Shown in pieces: positions 45,935 through 54,044 of a stretch of DNA of 64,000 nt (positions are counted from its first letter, which is position 1; every line of letters begins with the position of its first letter). Under the pieces are notes generated by a model. The model had not been told where the DNA came from. It saw only the letters and a program-made list of their open reading frames with translations, and ran no database searches. The position numbers and the translations under genes are program-made. The stretch lies in the IMG/VR virus record IMGVR_UViG_3300006155_000004. One strand, given 5' to 3'. This DNA comes from a virus.

Positions 45935-45977
45935 GCTGATTATTCCCCACAACAAAGGTGGGTTGATTATAAGCTAA

Positions 45978-46007
45978 GGGGCGAGATGTAACAGTCTTGT
46001 CCCTTTT
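45978..46007 (+). terminator. rho-independent terminator
   Basis: 9-bp stem (2 G-U pairs), 8-nt loop, TTTT. Confidence 0.55.
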
Positions 46008-46029
46008 GCGTTGTACATTGACAACTGAA

Positions 46030-46051
46030 TATGGCTAACAGTTTGTATGCT
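46030..46051. repeat. left copy of a perfect 22-bp inverted repeat TATGGCTAACAGTTTGTATGCT
   Basis: Exact reverse complement of 46706-46727. Confidence 0.9.
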
Positions 46052-46057
46052 TTATGC

Positions 46058-46085
46058 TTGCAATTTTCTCTGTTTGTGATATAAT
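46058..46085 (+). promoter_or_regulatory. promoter TTGCAA-16-TATAAT (TGA extension) inside the IR-bounded cassette
   Basis: -35 at 46058-46063; -10 at 46080-46085. Confidence 0.5.
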
Positions 46086-46119
46086 AAATGTGACACATAA
46101 ATTCATAGGAGTGTTGCGA

Positions 46120-46689
46120 ATGGCAGGTAGACCAAAGAAAACAGACGACGAAAAACGGACAAACTTTATAAATGTCCGCTTGAATAATTCGGAGAAAGAA
46201 AAACTTGAATTTCTATCGGAAAAGCAAGGAATTTCAAAACATCAAGTTATCAGAAACGGGATTGAATTGCAGTATAAGGAGGAAAAAATGAATAGGAAAA
46301 TTAAGTTTAGGGCGTGGTGTGAAACATATACTGGAACAAGCGGCATAAAGAAGTTTATGGAAAACTGTTTTAAGCAAATCAAATTAGAATCTACAAGCAT
46401 CAATCCGCAAGGTAGTTTTATAGGAAAACAAGGAACTTGGAGCGGATTGCACGAAAGCGTATTTATGCAATACATAGGGATTGAAGATAAAAACAAAAAG
46501 GAAATATATGAGAGCGATGTAGTAAAAATAGATGGAAAACGAGAACTTTTTACCGTTGTTTGGGTGTGTGATACCGCAAGGTTTGGATTGCAAAGCAAGG
46601 GAGAACTTCTTTATTTTGAGTTGGGAATTGGAAGCAGGATTGAAGTTGTAGGAAATAAATACGAAAATCCAGAACTTTTGCAAAACTAA
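46120..46689 (+). CDS. in-frame fusion of an RHH (CopG-like) domain and a YopX domain; internal RBS+ATG at 46288
   Basis: MAGRPKK..FINVRLNNSEKEKLEFL RHH; AAGGAGG-N5-ATG, then MNRKIKFRAW..YIGIEDKNKKEIYESDVV..GNKYENPELL. Confidence 0.7.
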   Translation: MAGRPKKTDDEKRTNFINVRLNNSEKEKLEFLSEKQGISKHQVIRNGIELQYKEEKMNRKIKFRAWCETYTGTSGIKKFMENCFKQIKLESTSINPQGSFIGKQGTWSGLHESVFMQYIGIEDKNKKEIYESDVVKIDGKRELFTVVWVCDTARFGLQSKGELLYFELGIGSRIEVVGNKYENPELLQN

Positions 46690-46705
46690 ATCATTTATCA
46701 AATAG

Positions 46706-46727
46706 AGCATACAAACTGTTAGCCATA
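46706..46727. repeat. right copy of the 22-bp inverted repeat; also the 5' arm of a local hairpin with 46731-46742
   Basis: AGCATACAAACTGTTAGCCATA; followed by GGCTAGCAGTTT and a T-run. Confidence 0.9.
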
Positions 46728-46771
46728 GGAGGCTAGCAGTTTTTTATTTGGAGAAATGGAGGTTAAAATAT

Positions 46772-47185
46772 ATGGCATGTAAAAATGTATGCAGGCTGTG
46801 CGACAGACTGATTTTGAGCCAGTCAATTACGTTTACTGGCGGCAATCTGGTTATCAATCTGCCCGCCGGAAGTTACAACAATAACTGCAAATACTGCATT
46901 GTCTTAGCACAGGCAATCCCGACAACTACGACAATCGGCGCACCTGTGGTATTCACAATCGGAACAGGAACACAGCTTTATCCTCTTGCGAACAGATGTT
47001 GCAGACCTGTTACGGCGTGTGGCGTGCGTACCCGCACAAAATATTCTGTATGCGTGGAGACGACGGAGACAGGGGCGACATTCAAAATGCTTGGAAATCC
47101 GGCGTGTCAGCCGAACAACAACCTGCGGGCAGTTAATGGTACTGCACCCGTGTCAGAACCGGCAACACCAGAGGCAGGAGCATAG
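46772..47185 (+). CDS. Cys-rich beta-type protein of unknown family
   Basis: MACKNVCRLCDR.., CKYC, CC, C..C; GGAGG RBS 7 nt upstream. Confidence 0.6.
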   Translation: MACKNVCRLCDRLILSQSITFTGGNLVINLPAGSYNNNCKYCIVLAQAIPTTTTIGAPVVFTIGTGTQLYPLANRCCRPVTACGVRTRTKYSVCVETTETGATFKMLGNPACQPNNNLRAVNGTAPVSEPATPEAGA

Positions 47186-47201
47186 AGAGGAGGTAAAAAG
47201 T

Positions 47202-48050
47202 ATGCATATCAAGAGAATCCATGAAATGGAAGAAAAGTTGACAGAAATCGCCCTTTGCGAGATTAACAAGGGCATTGAATGTGTCAATACCGCCGAAATG
47301 GGCGCAGTTATCGACATGATAAAAGATTTGGCTTGTGCCGAAAAAGAGGCAAGAGAAGCCAAAGAAATGGAAAAAGAAGAGGAAGGTGAAAAGAAAGAAA
47401 ACGAATACTTTCTGAAAAAGCTGAAAGAAGAATACGGAGAAGAAGAGGGAGAAAAGAGGTTTTACAGCGGACAGCCTAGAAGCCGCACGTCTGGTCGGTT
47501 TATGAGGCGCGGAGACGGGCGTAGGAGAGGATATGAGGAGCCACCTTATTATCACACCATGCCAGATTACAGAATGGATTTGGCAGATTACAAAGGAAAG
47601 ACAGCCGAGGAACTTAGGGACTTAGATAGAGCTTCAGGGCGATTATATTTTTCTGAACCTATGGGCGTCAATATGAGCGGTGGAAATTCTTCTGTCAGTA
47701 ACACAAGCTCGGAAAATAGCGGCGGAAATACGAGGTCATATACAGAGGGTTTTGAGGATGGACAGACCAGGGGATATTCCGAAGGATATGAACGAGGAAG
47801 AAATGACGGAAGAAACTCGCAAAGCAGAGATAGGCGTGAGGGGCGTTCAGGGCAGTCCAGACGCGGATATATGGAAACTAAAGAAGCACGCAAAGAAAAT
47901 ACACCAGAAAACAAGCAGTACCGAATGAAAGAATTGGAAACATACGCAAAGGAATTGACCGAAGACGTAGTTGACATGATTGCAGACGCTACGCCGGAGG
48001 AGCGTTCTCTTATGAAGCAGAAAATGCAGGTGCTTTTGCAAAAACTGTAA
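47202..48050 (+). CDS. protein with helical ends and an E/K-rich then R/G/S/Y-rich low-complexity core
   Basis: GAGAGGAGG RBS; EKEEEGEKKENEY.., RRGDGRRRGYEEPPYY.., GYSEGYERGRNDGRNSQSRDRREGRSG. Confidence 0.6.
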   Translation: MHIKRIHEMEEKLTEIALCEINKGIECVNTAEMGAVIDMIKDLACAEKEAREAKEMEKEEEGEKKENEYFLKKLKEEYGEEEGEKRFYSGQPRSRTSGRFMRRGDGRRRGYEEPPYYHTMPDYRMDLADYKGKTAEELRDLDRASGRLYFSEPMGVNMSGGNSSVSNTSSENSGGNTRSYTEGFEDGQTRGYSEGYERGRNDGRNSQSRDRREGRSGQSRRGYMETKEARKENTPENKQYRMKELETYAKELTEDVVDMIADATPEERSLMKQKMQVLLQKL

Positions 48051-48059
48051 AATAAAGCC

Positions 48060-48102
48060 TTGACTTATGCCTAGATGTATGTTAAATTATATCTAGGCAT
48101 AA
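48060..48102 (+). promoter_or_regulatory. promoter with a perfect 12-bp inverted-repeat operator TTATGCCTAGAT / ATCTAGGCATAA
   Basis: -35 TTGACT at 48060-48065; IR arms at 48065-48076 and 48091-48102. Confidence 0.6.
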
Positions 48103-48118
48103 AAGCGAGGTGGTGAAA

Positions 48119-48304
48119 ATGTCGCCTAGAACTGGCAGACCTATTATCGGGAGCGAGCCGAAAAATCAACAAATTGCATTGAGGGTAACAGCTACAACAA
48201 AGAGGAAATTTCAAGAGTGTTCTGAAATTACCGGAAAAACTCAAACAAATTTGCTTGAAGAAATGGTTGACGACTTGCACGATAGGTTGACGGAAAAAGA
48301 ATAG
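48119..48304 (+). CDS. RHH (CopG-like) regulator
   Basis: MSPRTGRPIIG..QIALRVTATTKRKFQE. Confidence 0.65.
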   Translation: MSPRTGRPIIGSEPKNQQIALRVTATTKRKFQECSEITGKTQTNLLEEMVDDLHDRLTEKE

Positions 48305-48639
48305 AGCGTTACCGCCCTGAACAAGTGATAAACGCTCTACACCGAGGTTTCCCTCTGATAAATACAATCATATCACAGCGGAGACCTCTTTTCAAGATAT
48401 TTTTACAAAAGATGAACCCACGCTCATGGGAGAAAGAGGTACATAATAAGAAGAAAAATAATGATAATGCTTTACGCGCTCTCTTCAATCATTGATGACA
48501 TTGCATATTTCGTTGTCGGAAATTGCGAGGATTTTCAATGCGAGATTAAAACTCATTGGAGAGAACATTCTATCGGTTAGTATGTTTTCTGCTGATTTGG
48601 GGAGTGGCTACCGCTCCCTTTTGTGATATGGAGGTATTT

Positions 48640-49620
48640 ATGGAAAAGCCAACGCTTAATTGGAGATGTAAAGATATATCTGGGTATAGGAAAGGAACGA
48701 TAACTGTAAAAAATCCAACCGATAGCAGAAGTAAGAACGGATCTATAATATGGGAATGCGAGTGTGAGTGCGGAAACAAGGTTTATTTAACAAAACAACA
48801 AATAGAGAAAAATCCTTATTGTGGAAAACGCAATAAAACATATAATTTTATAGATTTTAAAGACAAACAAATAGGTGTTCTTCATGTTATCGAATATACA
48901 GGAGATTCAAAATGGTTATGCGAATGTGAGTGTGGAAATCGGAAAATTGTTCATAGGTCTGTTTTGCGAAAAGGAGCAACATATGCTTGCTCATGCAATC
49001 ACAAACTTCATAAATCCGATTGCAATACAACGCATGGAAAGAGCAATACAAGGCTTTATCATGTTTGGTGCGGAATGAAAAACAGATGTTACAATAAAAA
49101 TTTAGATGAATATCACAGATATGGCGGCAGAGGAATAACAATCTGCCCTGAATGGCTGGGGAAGAACGGCTTTCAGAATTTTTGTAAATGGGCATATGCG
49201 AATGGGTACGACGAAAATGCAAAGCGTGGAGATTGTACAATAGACAGAATTAACAATGATGGAAATTATGAACCGTCAAATTGCCGGTGGGCTACATATA
49301 TTGAACAAGCCAATAATAGGAGTGACAATCATTTAATAGAGATAAGTGGGGTTGTTAAAGGAATTAAGGATTGGTGCGATGAATACGGAATAAAAATCGG
49401 AACGTATAAAACGAGAGTTCGCAGAGGAACGGACGATGTTTCTGCTATTACTACGCCAATAAGAAAATTCAGCAAAGATTTAACCGAAAAAGAGAGAAAA
49501 GAAAGAAAACAAAAGAGACTTGAAAGAATTAAAAAATGGCAGGAAGAAAACAAAGATAAAGTTAAAGAATATCAAAGAAAAAGCGAGGAAAAGAAAAAAT
49601 CAGAAAAGAAAGCCGATTAG
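48640..49620 (+). CDS. HNH_3/AP2-like DNA-binding protein with two N-terminal zinc-ribbon modules and a Lys/Glu-rich tail
   Basis: WECECECGN.. x2; RCYNKNLDEYHRYGGRGITICPEW; CTIDRINNDGNYEPSNCRW. Confidence 0.65.
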   Translation: MEKPTLNWRCKDISGYRKGTITVKNPTDSRSKNGSIIWECECECGNKVYLTKQQIEKNPYCGKRNKTYNFIDFKDKQIGVLHVIEYTGDSKWLCECECGNRKIVHRSVLRKGATYACSCNHKLHKSDCNTTHGKSNTRLYHVWCGMKNRCYNKNLDEYHRYGGRGITICPEWLGKNGFQNFCKWAYANGYDENAKRGDCTIDRINNDGNYEPSNCRWATYIEQANNRSDNHLIEISGVVKGIKDWCDEYGIKIGTYKTRVRRGTDDVSAITTPIRKFSKDLTEKERKERKQKRLERIKKWQEENKDKVKEYQRKSEEKKKSEKKAD

Positions 49621-49639
49621 GGGCAGAAATGCCCCTTTT
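49620..49639 (+). terminator. rho-independent terminator GGGGCA-GAAA-TGCCCC-TTTT
   Basis: 6-bp stem, GAAA tetraloop, T-run. Confidence 0.6.
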
Positions 49640-49658
49640 CTTGAAAGAGGGTGTATCT

Positions 49659-49982
49659 ATGAATTTTATTGTGAATAATCATATATGGAAGCTGCAATTC
49701 GCAAAAGGCGGCAGCGAAAATCTGCGTAGATCGGACGGCAGTTATACTTTTGGTGCGACGGACAATTCTGTCAAAACAGTTTTTCTCATGCAGAATATGT
49801 CGGATTACATGACGGATAAGGTATTAGTTCACGAATTGTCGCACGTCCATGCGCTAGAGTATGACTATTCAATTCCGCTATGGGTAGAAGAAATCGTTTG
49901 TGATTTCCTAAGTCTGTATGGCAGGAGCGTAGTCTATTTGGCGGATAGTATAATGCCAAAGATTTTAAGGAGGATAGCATGA
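49659..49982 (+). CDS. small zinc-metallopeptidase-like protein (HExxH)
   Basis: GATDNSVKTVFL...VLVHELSHVH. Confidence 0.55.
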   Translation: MNFIVNNHIWKLQFAKGGSENLRRSDGSYTFGATDNSVKTVFLMQNMSDYMTDKVLVHELSHVHALEYDYSIPLWVEEIVCDFLSLYGRSVVYLADSIMPKILRRIA

Positions 49983-50146
49983 CAAATATAGAGTTACTTA
50001 AATACATACAACGCACAAATCCCGAAATGACAATAGAGCATATGATTGAAGAATTATCCAAGTGCCGATATTCGTCGGTTGCACTTTGTATGGTGTGTGA
50101 GAATGATAAAAATGTATTGCAAACCAAAGAATCTATGGTATACTAA
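49979..50146 (+). CDS. hypothetical small protein (55 aa)
   Basis: AAGGAGG RBS 5 nt upstream; ATGA overlap. Confidence 0.35.
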   Translation: MTNIELLKYIQRTNPEMTIEHMIEELSKCRYSSVALCMVCENDKNVLQTKESMVY

Positions 50147-50197
50147 ACTTGTCTAAGGTTTTAGTGAGCGATTTAGATTTCGCTATTCAAATTAAAG

Positions 50198-50220
50198 GCT
50201 TGCGATTTTGCAGGCTTTTT
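50198..50220 (+). terminator. rho-independent terminator
   Basis: GCTTGC/GCAGGC stem then TTTTT. Confidence 0.5.
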
Positions 50221-50328
50221 ATTATGCCCTGCGACAACGATGAATGGCTCAAATTCGCCTTGAAATTGATTTGATGATAATTTATAGGTCAAGAGGATAA
50301 AACGCCTTAAAACGCAAAATACGAGTTC

Positions 50329-50355
50329 AGAGAGTGTTTCAGCACTCTTTTTTTA
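50329..50355 (+). terminator. rho-independent terminator
   Basis: AGAGTG/CACTCT stem then T7. Confidence 0.55.
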
Positions 50356-50374
50356 ATTTTCTTGAAATTTTCTC

Positions 50375-50420
50375 TTGACTTTTGTTGTTAGCTACATTAT
50401 ACTAAACGTAGTTAGCTACA
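50375..50420 (+). promoter_or_regulatory. promoter TTGACT-17-TATACT with two GTTAGCTACA repeats
   Basis: Repeats at 50387-50396 and 50411-50420. Confidence 0.55.
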
Positions 50421-50434
50421 AAGGAGGTGATTGT

Positions 50435-50611
50435 TTGGCTAACGCAAGCAGAGCCGAATACTTTAGGGAACGAAGAAAAACCATGAAACAGTTTAATGTA
50501 ATGCTCAAGAGAGAAAAAATTGAAGCATTGGAAGAAAAGATTAAGTCTCAAGGGAAAACAAAGGTTGAGTGGTTCGAGGGAATCGTTGATAAAGAATTGG
50601 GCGAAAAATAA
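50435..50611 (+). CDS. small RHH-like regulator (TTG start)
   Basis: AGGAGGTG RBS; ANASRAEYFRERRKTMKQFNVMLKREKIEALEE. Confidence 0.5.
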   Translation: MANASRAEYFRERRKTMKQFNVMLKREKIEALEEKIKSQGKTKVEWFEGIVDKELGEK

Positions 50612-50768
50612 TAAGAATGGAGCAATCAGCTTTTGCAAGGGCTATTGATTGCTCCACAACCCCAAACGGAGTACGCAAATATTATAGCACTGTGTACCTT
50701 TGTTTGGCAACCAATAAATCAAATGGAGGTATATTTTTATGACATTTTTTAGAAATAAAAATTAGGTA

Positions 50769-50814
50769 TTGACTTTTTGACATTCATAAAGTATAGTGTA
50801 CTTAGTGACATTCA
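50769..50814 (+). promoter_or_regulatory. promoter TTGACT-17-TATAGT with two TGACATTCA repeats
   Basis: Repeats at 50778-50786 and 50806-50814. Confidence 0.55.
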
Positions 50815-50834
50815 AAAAGTGAGGTGAAAAGCGT

Positions 50835-50996
50835 ATGTCACCAATGGGCAGACCAAAGTCTGACAATCCCAAGTCCGAACAAGTCACAGTAAGGCTTGAT
50901 AAAGAACATTCTGAAATTCTCAAAGAGTATTGCGAGAAAGAGAAAGTTGAAAAAGCAGAAGCCATAAGACGAGGGATAAGAAAATTAAAAGAGTAG
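50835..50996 (+). CDS. RHH (CopG-like) regulator (53 aa)
   Basis: MSPMGRPKSDNPKSEQVTVRLDKEHSEILKEY; GAGGTG RBS. Confidence 0.6.
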   Translation: MSPMGRPKSDNPKSEQVTVRLDKEHSEILKEYCEKEKVEKAEAIRRGIRKLKE

Positions 50997-51119
50997 CCGT
51001 TTCAAGTTTGGCGACCAGATACGACTACTCAACGCACCAACCCCATGAGAGATTGATAAATCCATTATATCAGCCTCTTATGGGAAAATCAATCATTTTT
51101 TCTTATAGGAGGATTTTTT

Positions 51120-51347
51120 ATGATGTTTTTTAGAAAGAAAAAGGAACTCAAAGAGAAGTTACAGAGGATTGACAAAGAACTTAAAAACCGCACAGCCGAG
51201 GTGTCGGACGATATTTGGGATTTAGGGGATTTCCTTATGCTGCTTAATATTGCGGAATATTCCAAACCATTAGGAAAGTCAAAAGCTATTGTTTACGCCC
51301 TTAAAATCGGGTATCTGGCAGGAATGGGTGGTACTGAAAATGAGTAA
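51120..51347 (+). CDS. hypothetical early protein, paralog of 5223..5534
   Basis: NRTAEVSDDIWDLGDFLMLLNIAEYSKPLGKSKAIVYALKIGY. Confidence 0.6.
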   Translation: MMFFRKKKELKEKLQRIDKELKNRTAEVSDDIWDLGDFLMLLNIAEYSKPLGKSKAIVYALKIGYLAGMGGTENE

Positions 51348-51588
51348 GAATGACATTTTAGACCAAGTTTTTACCGCCACTTGCAAACTTGAACTTATGA
51401 GAACGGTAATTGAAACGCTTATTAACATGGTTGAGGATAATGGAGATATTAAGACACTAGAGCAGGCTATGAATTTTGCATATATCCAAGGTACTATTGA
51501 TGATTTTCTCCATATCACACATGATGGCGTACATTTTGCTATTCAGACATTGAATAGCTTGCAGAAAGGTGGTTCTTCTGATGAATGA
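51340..51588 (+). CDS. hypothetical protein
   Basis: ORF-track frame; ATG overlapping the upstream 3' end. Confidence 0.5.
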   Translation: MSKNDILDQVFTATCKLELMRTVIETLINMVEDNGDIKTLEQAMNFAYIQGTIDDFLHITHDGVHFAIQTLNSLQKGGSSDE

Positions 51589-52417
51589 CATTCAAACCGC
51601 AACCATGCAGACACCTATTGAAATTGCGTTAGGCATTGATGAAAACGGCATGACAACCGCAAGAAAACTGTATGCGTTTTTGGAGTTAGAGCCGAAAAAT
51701 TATTCTCGTTGGTGCAAAAGTAATATTGCCGACAATGAATTTGCTACGGAAAACGAGGATTATAAGGTTTTCGTCATTGATGAAGAAAACCCTTTAGGCG
51801 GTAGACCTACACAAGATTTTAAGCTGACCGCCCACTTTGCAAAGAAACTCTCATGCAAAGGTAATGGAGAACGTGCGGAGCAGGCAAGGGAATATTTTTC
51901 CGCGCTTGATGACAAGGTCAAAGAGGTTGCCATAAACCGTAGCCAGTTATCCCAATCCACACAAGCATTGTTCGGTATCATTGAAAGCATGGCAAAGCAG
52001 GAGTTAGAACAGAAACGCCAAGCGGAGCAATTAAACCGTATTGAGCAAAAACAGGAAGTCATATCTGATACCTTTACCCATACTTCAACCGACGAAGATT
52101 TCAAAGCATGGGTAAATCGCTGTATTGCCAAGATTGCCGAAAGTCCGAATTATGCGAATGGTACTGGCAGGTCGGCAAGGTATCAGAATGTCCGTACCGA
52201 GAGTTACGACAGATTAAGGCAGAAATGGAACTGTAACCTTAATGATAGGGTTGCAAGGGCTAAAGGTCGGGCTTTGGAAAACAAGCCTAACATTACCAAA
52301 AAGGAACTTGATTCCATTAACAAGTTATCCGTCATTTCAGAGGATAAGAGCCTAAAACCTGTCTATGAAACGGTCGTTAAGGAAATGATGATTTGCTACT
52401 GTGTAAACATTTCTTGA
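51581..52417 (+). CDS. AntA/AntB-type antirepressor-like protein
   Basis: MTTARKLYAFLELEPKNYSRWCKSNI..DYKVF; LTAHFAKKLS. Confidence 0.7.
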   Translation: MNDIQTATMQTPIEIALGIDENGMTTARKLYAFLELEPKNYSRWCKSNIADNEFATENEDYKVFVIDEENPLGGRPTQDFKLTAHFAKKLSCKGNGERAEQAREYFSALDDKVKEVAINRSQLSQSTQALFGIIESMAKQELEQKRQAEQLNRIEQKQEVISDTFTHTSTDEDFKAWVNRCIAKIAESPNYANGTGRSARYQNVRTESYDRLRQKWNCNLNDRVARAKGRALENKPNITKKELDSINKLSVISEDKSLKPVYETVVKEMMICYCVNIS

Positions 52418-52444
52418 CACGTTCCCAACTCTATACATCATTTA

Positions 52445-52482
52445 GGGCGGTAGTGGTCGGCTACTGCCCTTTATTCTGTTTT
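52445..52482. terminator. bidirectional terminator between convergent units
   Basis: GGGCGGTAG/CTACTGCCC 9-bp stem followed by a T-rich tract. Confidence 0.55.
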
Positions 52483-52568
52483 CAAGGTACGGAATTGCGT
52501 TAGTCGGATTTGCACCAACTACTAGGCGACTAGCACGCAAATTTATTGGATAGACTGCGGTTGCAGGC

Positions 52569-52712
52569 TTAATCTTTTTTATCTTTGAAGTGTGATGGCT
52601 TTCCGTAAATGTCTTTGCTGTCAACGGTACATTTTTTGCAGTATTTCTTTTTGCTTTTATCACGGTCTTTGTTTAGTTGTCCATATTCACAATTCTTGCA
52701 ATCATATTTCAT
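52569..52712 (-). CDS. small zinc-ribbon protein (47 aa)
   Basis: MKYDCKNCEYGQ...KKYCKKCT. Confidence 0.4.
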   Translation of the reverse strand: MKYDCKNCEYGQLNKDRDKSKKKYCKKCTVDSKDIYGKPSHFKDKKD

Positions 52713-52787
52713 TCAAAATCCCTCCATTTCAAAAATTATAATTCCGTTGTGGGTGCGTGTCAAGGCGGAAAGGGCGGTTATACCGCC

Positions 52788-53048
52788 CTATATCGTGTTG
52801 ACATATTCCATAACGTGCTTTATGGTCTCATCATGCGATTTTCCTGCCATAAGCCGTTTCGATATCGTTGTAAGTTGTCGGCTGTTTGCGTCAATAATCT
52901 TTTTGAGTGCCTCTGTGGGTATCCTTCCAGTCGATACATACCAAGACAGTGGATAGACGGCATTTTCTGCCTCGTTCGCGCTTAGGCCGCGTTTCCATAG
53001 TCTTGTTACAAGGGCAAACTCTATTTCGTTAAAATATTTTTGCGTCAT
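52788..53048 (-). CDS. hypothetical protein
   Basis: ORF-track frame 52788..53099; internal ATG chosen. Confidence 0.5.
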   Translation of the reverse strand: MTQKYFNEIEFALVTRLWKRGLSANEAENAVYPLSWYVSTGRIPTEALKKIIDANSRQLTTISKRLMAGKSHDETIKHVMEYVNTI

Positions 53049-53141
53049 ATCCTTTTCTTTCTCCCCTATATCCCTGGGGGCTGGGAATTTTATTGACAAA
53101 TGGCAGTCGGGAGGCTTACGCTCCCTGCGCCGCTGGTCTTC

Positions 53142-53399
53142 CTATGATACAAGATTTAAAATCTCGCTTCTTTTCGTCCGTACCATTATACGAGCTGTTT
53201 TTTCGTCAATTTGACCGTTTGTCATTTTTACAATCAGATTTGTAACCGCTGTAAATGCGTCAAATTCCGCCTTGTACGCCTCGTCAAAGGTCTTTTCTTT
53301 TTCTTCGTTGGTCGGATCGGCCATCATGGCATCGTCTGCCTTGTTTGCGATTTCCTCCAGTCTTGCAAGTTCTTCCAATCTCTTTTTTAATTCATTCAT
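53142..53399 (-). CDS. hypothetical helical acidic protein
   Basis: ORF track. Confidence 0.55.
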   Translation of the reverse strand: MNELKKRLEELARLEEIANKADDAMMADPTNEEKEKTFDEAYKAEFDAFTAVTNLIVKMTNGQIDEKTARIMVRTKRSEILNLVS

Positions 53400-53469
53400 A
53401 ATTTTTCCACCTTTTAACCTTTCTTTTTATTTTGTTCCAACCCCGGCATTTCTGCCGGACGCTTGCGGC

Positions 53470-53883
53470 CTATTTGCTGTATACTCCCAAAACCTCTGCT
53501 CCGCTGATTATCAACTCGCCCATATCGTTTCCACTCTCGGCATAATCTCCGCCCAAAACGTGGACATTGCCGCCAAAATAGATTTTAACCTGCTCTATGG
53601 ATTTTGCGATTGATGCATCGTCTTCGGCATCAAATCCGATTACGCAAGTGCCGTCAAGCTCTCCAGCGTCATAAAATCCTGCGTAAATACCATCCTCAAT
53701 ATACGGATAAACCAACTCGCCGTCCTCGTCAAAATCCGGATCCTGGAAAAGCTGGTTGGAATTGCTGGCCGTATCGCCGATATTGTAGCATATTCCGTCG
53801 TCAACCCTCAATCCGTAAAACTCAAAATCTGTACCGCTGATTGCTTTCTTAATGTCATCAATCGTTAATTTTGTCATATCCAT
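53470..53883 (-). CDS. strongly acidic protein (candidate DNA mimic / anti-restriction)
   Basis: About a quarter of its 137 residues are D/E and very few are K/R, counted by eye. Confidence 0.6.
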   Translation of the reverse strand: MDMTKLTIDDIKKAISGTDFEFYGLRVDDGICYNIGDTASNSNQLFQDPDFDEDGELVYPYIEDGIYAGFYDAGELDGTCVIGFDAEDDASIAKSIEQVKIYFGGNVHVLGGDYAESGNDMGELIISGAEVLGVYSK

Positions 53884-54044
53884 TCCCTCCTGTCTGGCTT
53901 GTTGTTTGCCTGTTTCTTTAACTGTCTTTATTATATCACTTTCAAAAGAAATGTCAAGCCTTTTTATAACTTTTCTAAGAAATATTTTTTGTTGACTTTT
54001 TCGTCGTTATAATATATATTAGGAAATAGAAAGGAGGCTTTAAA

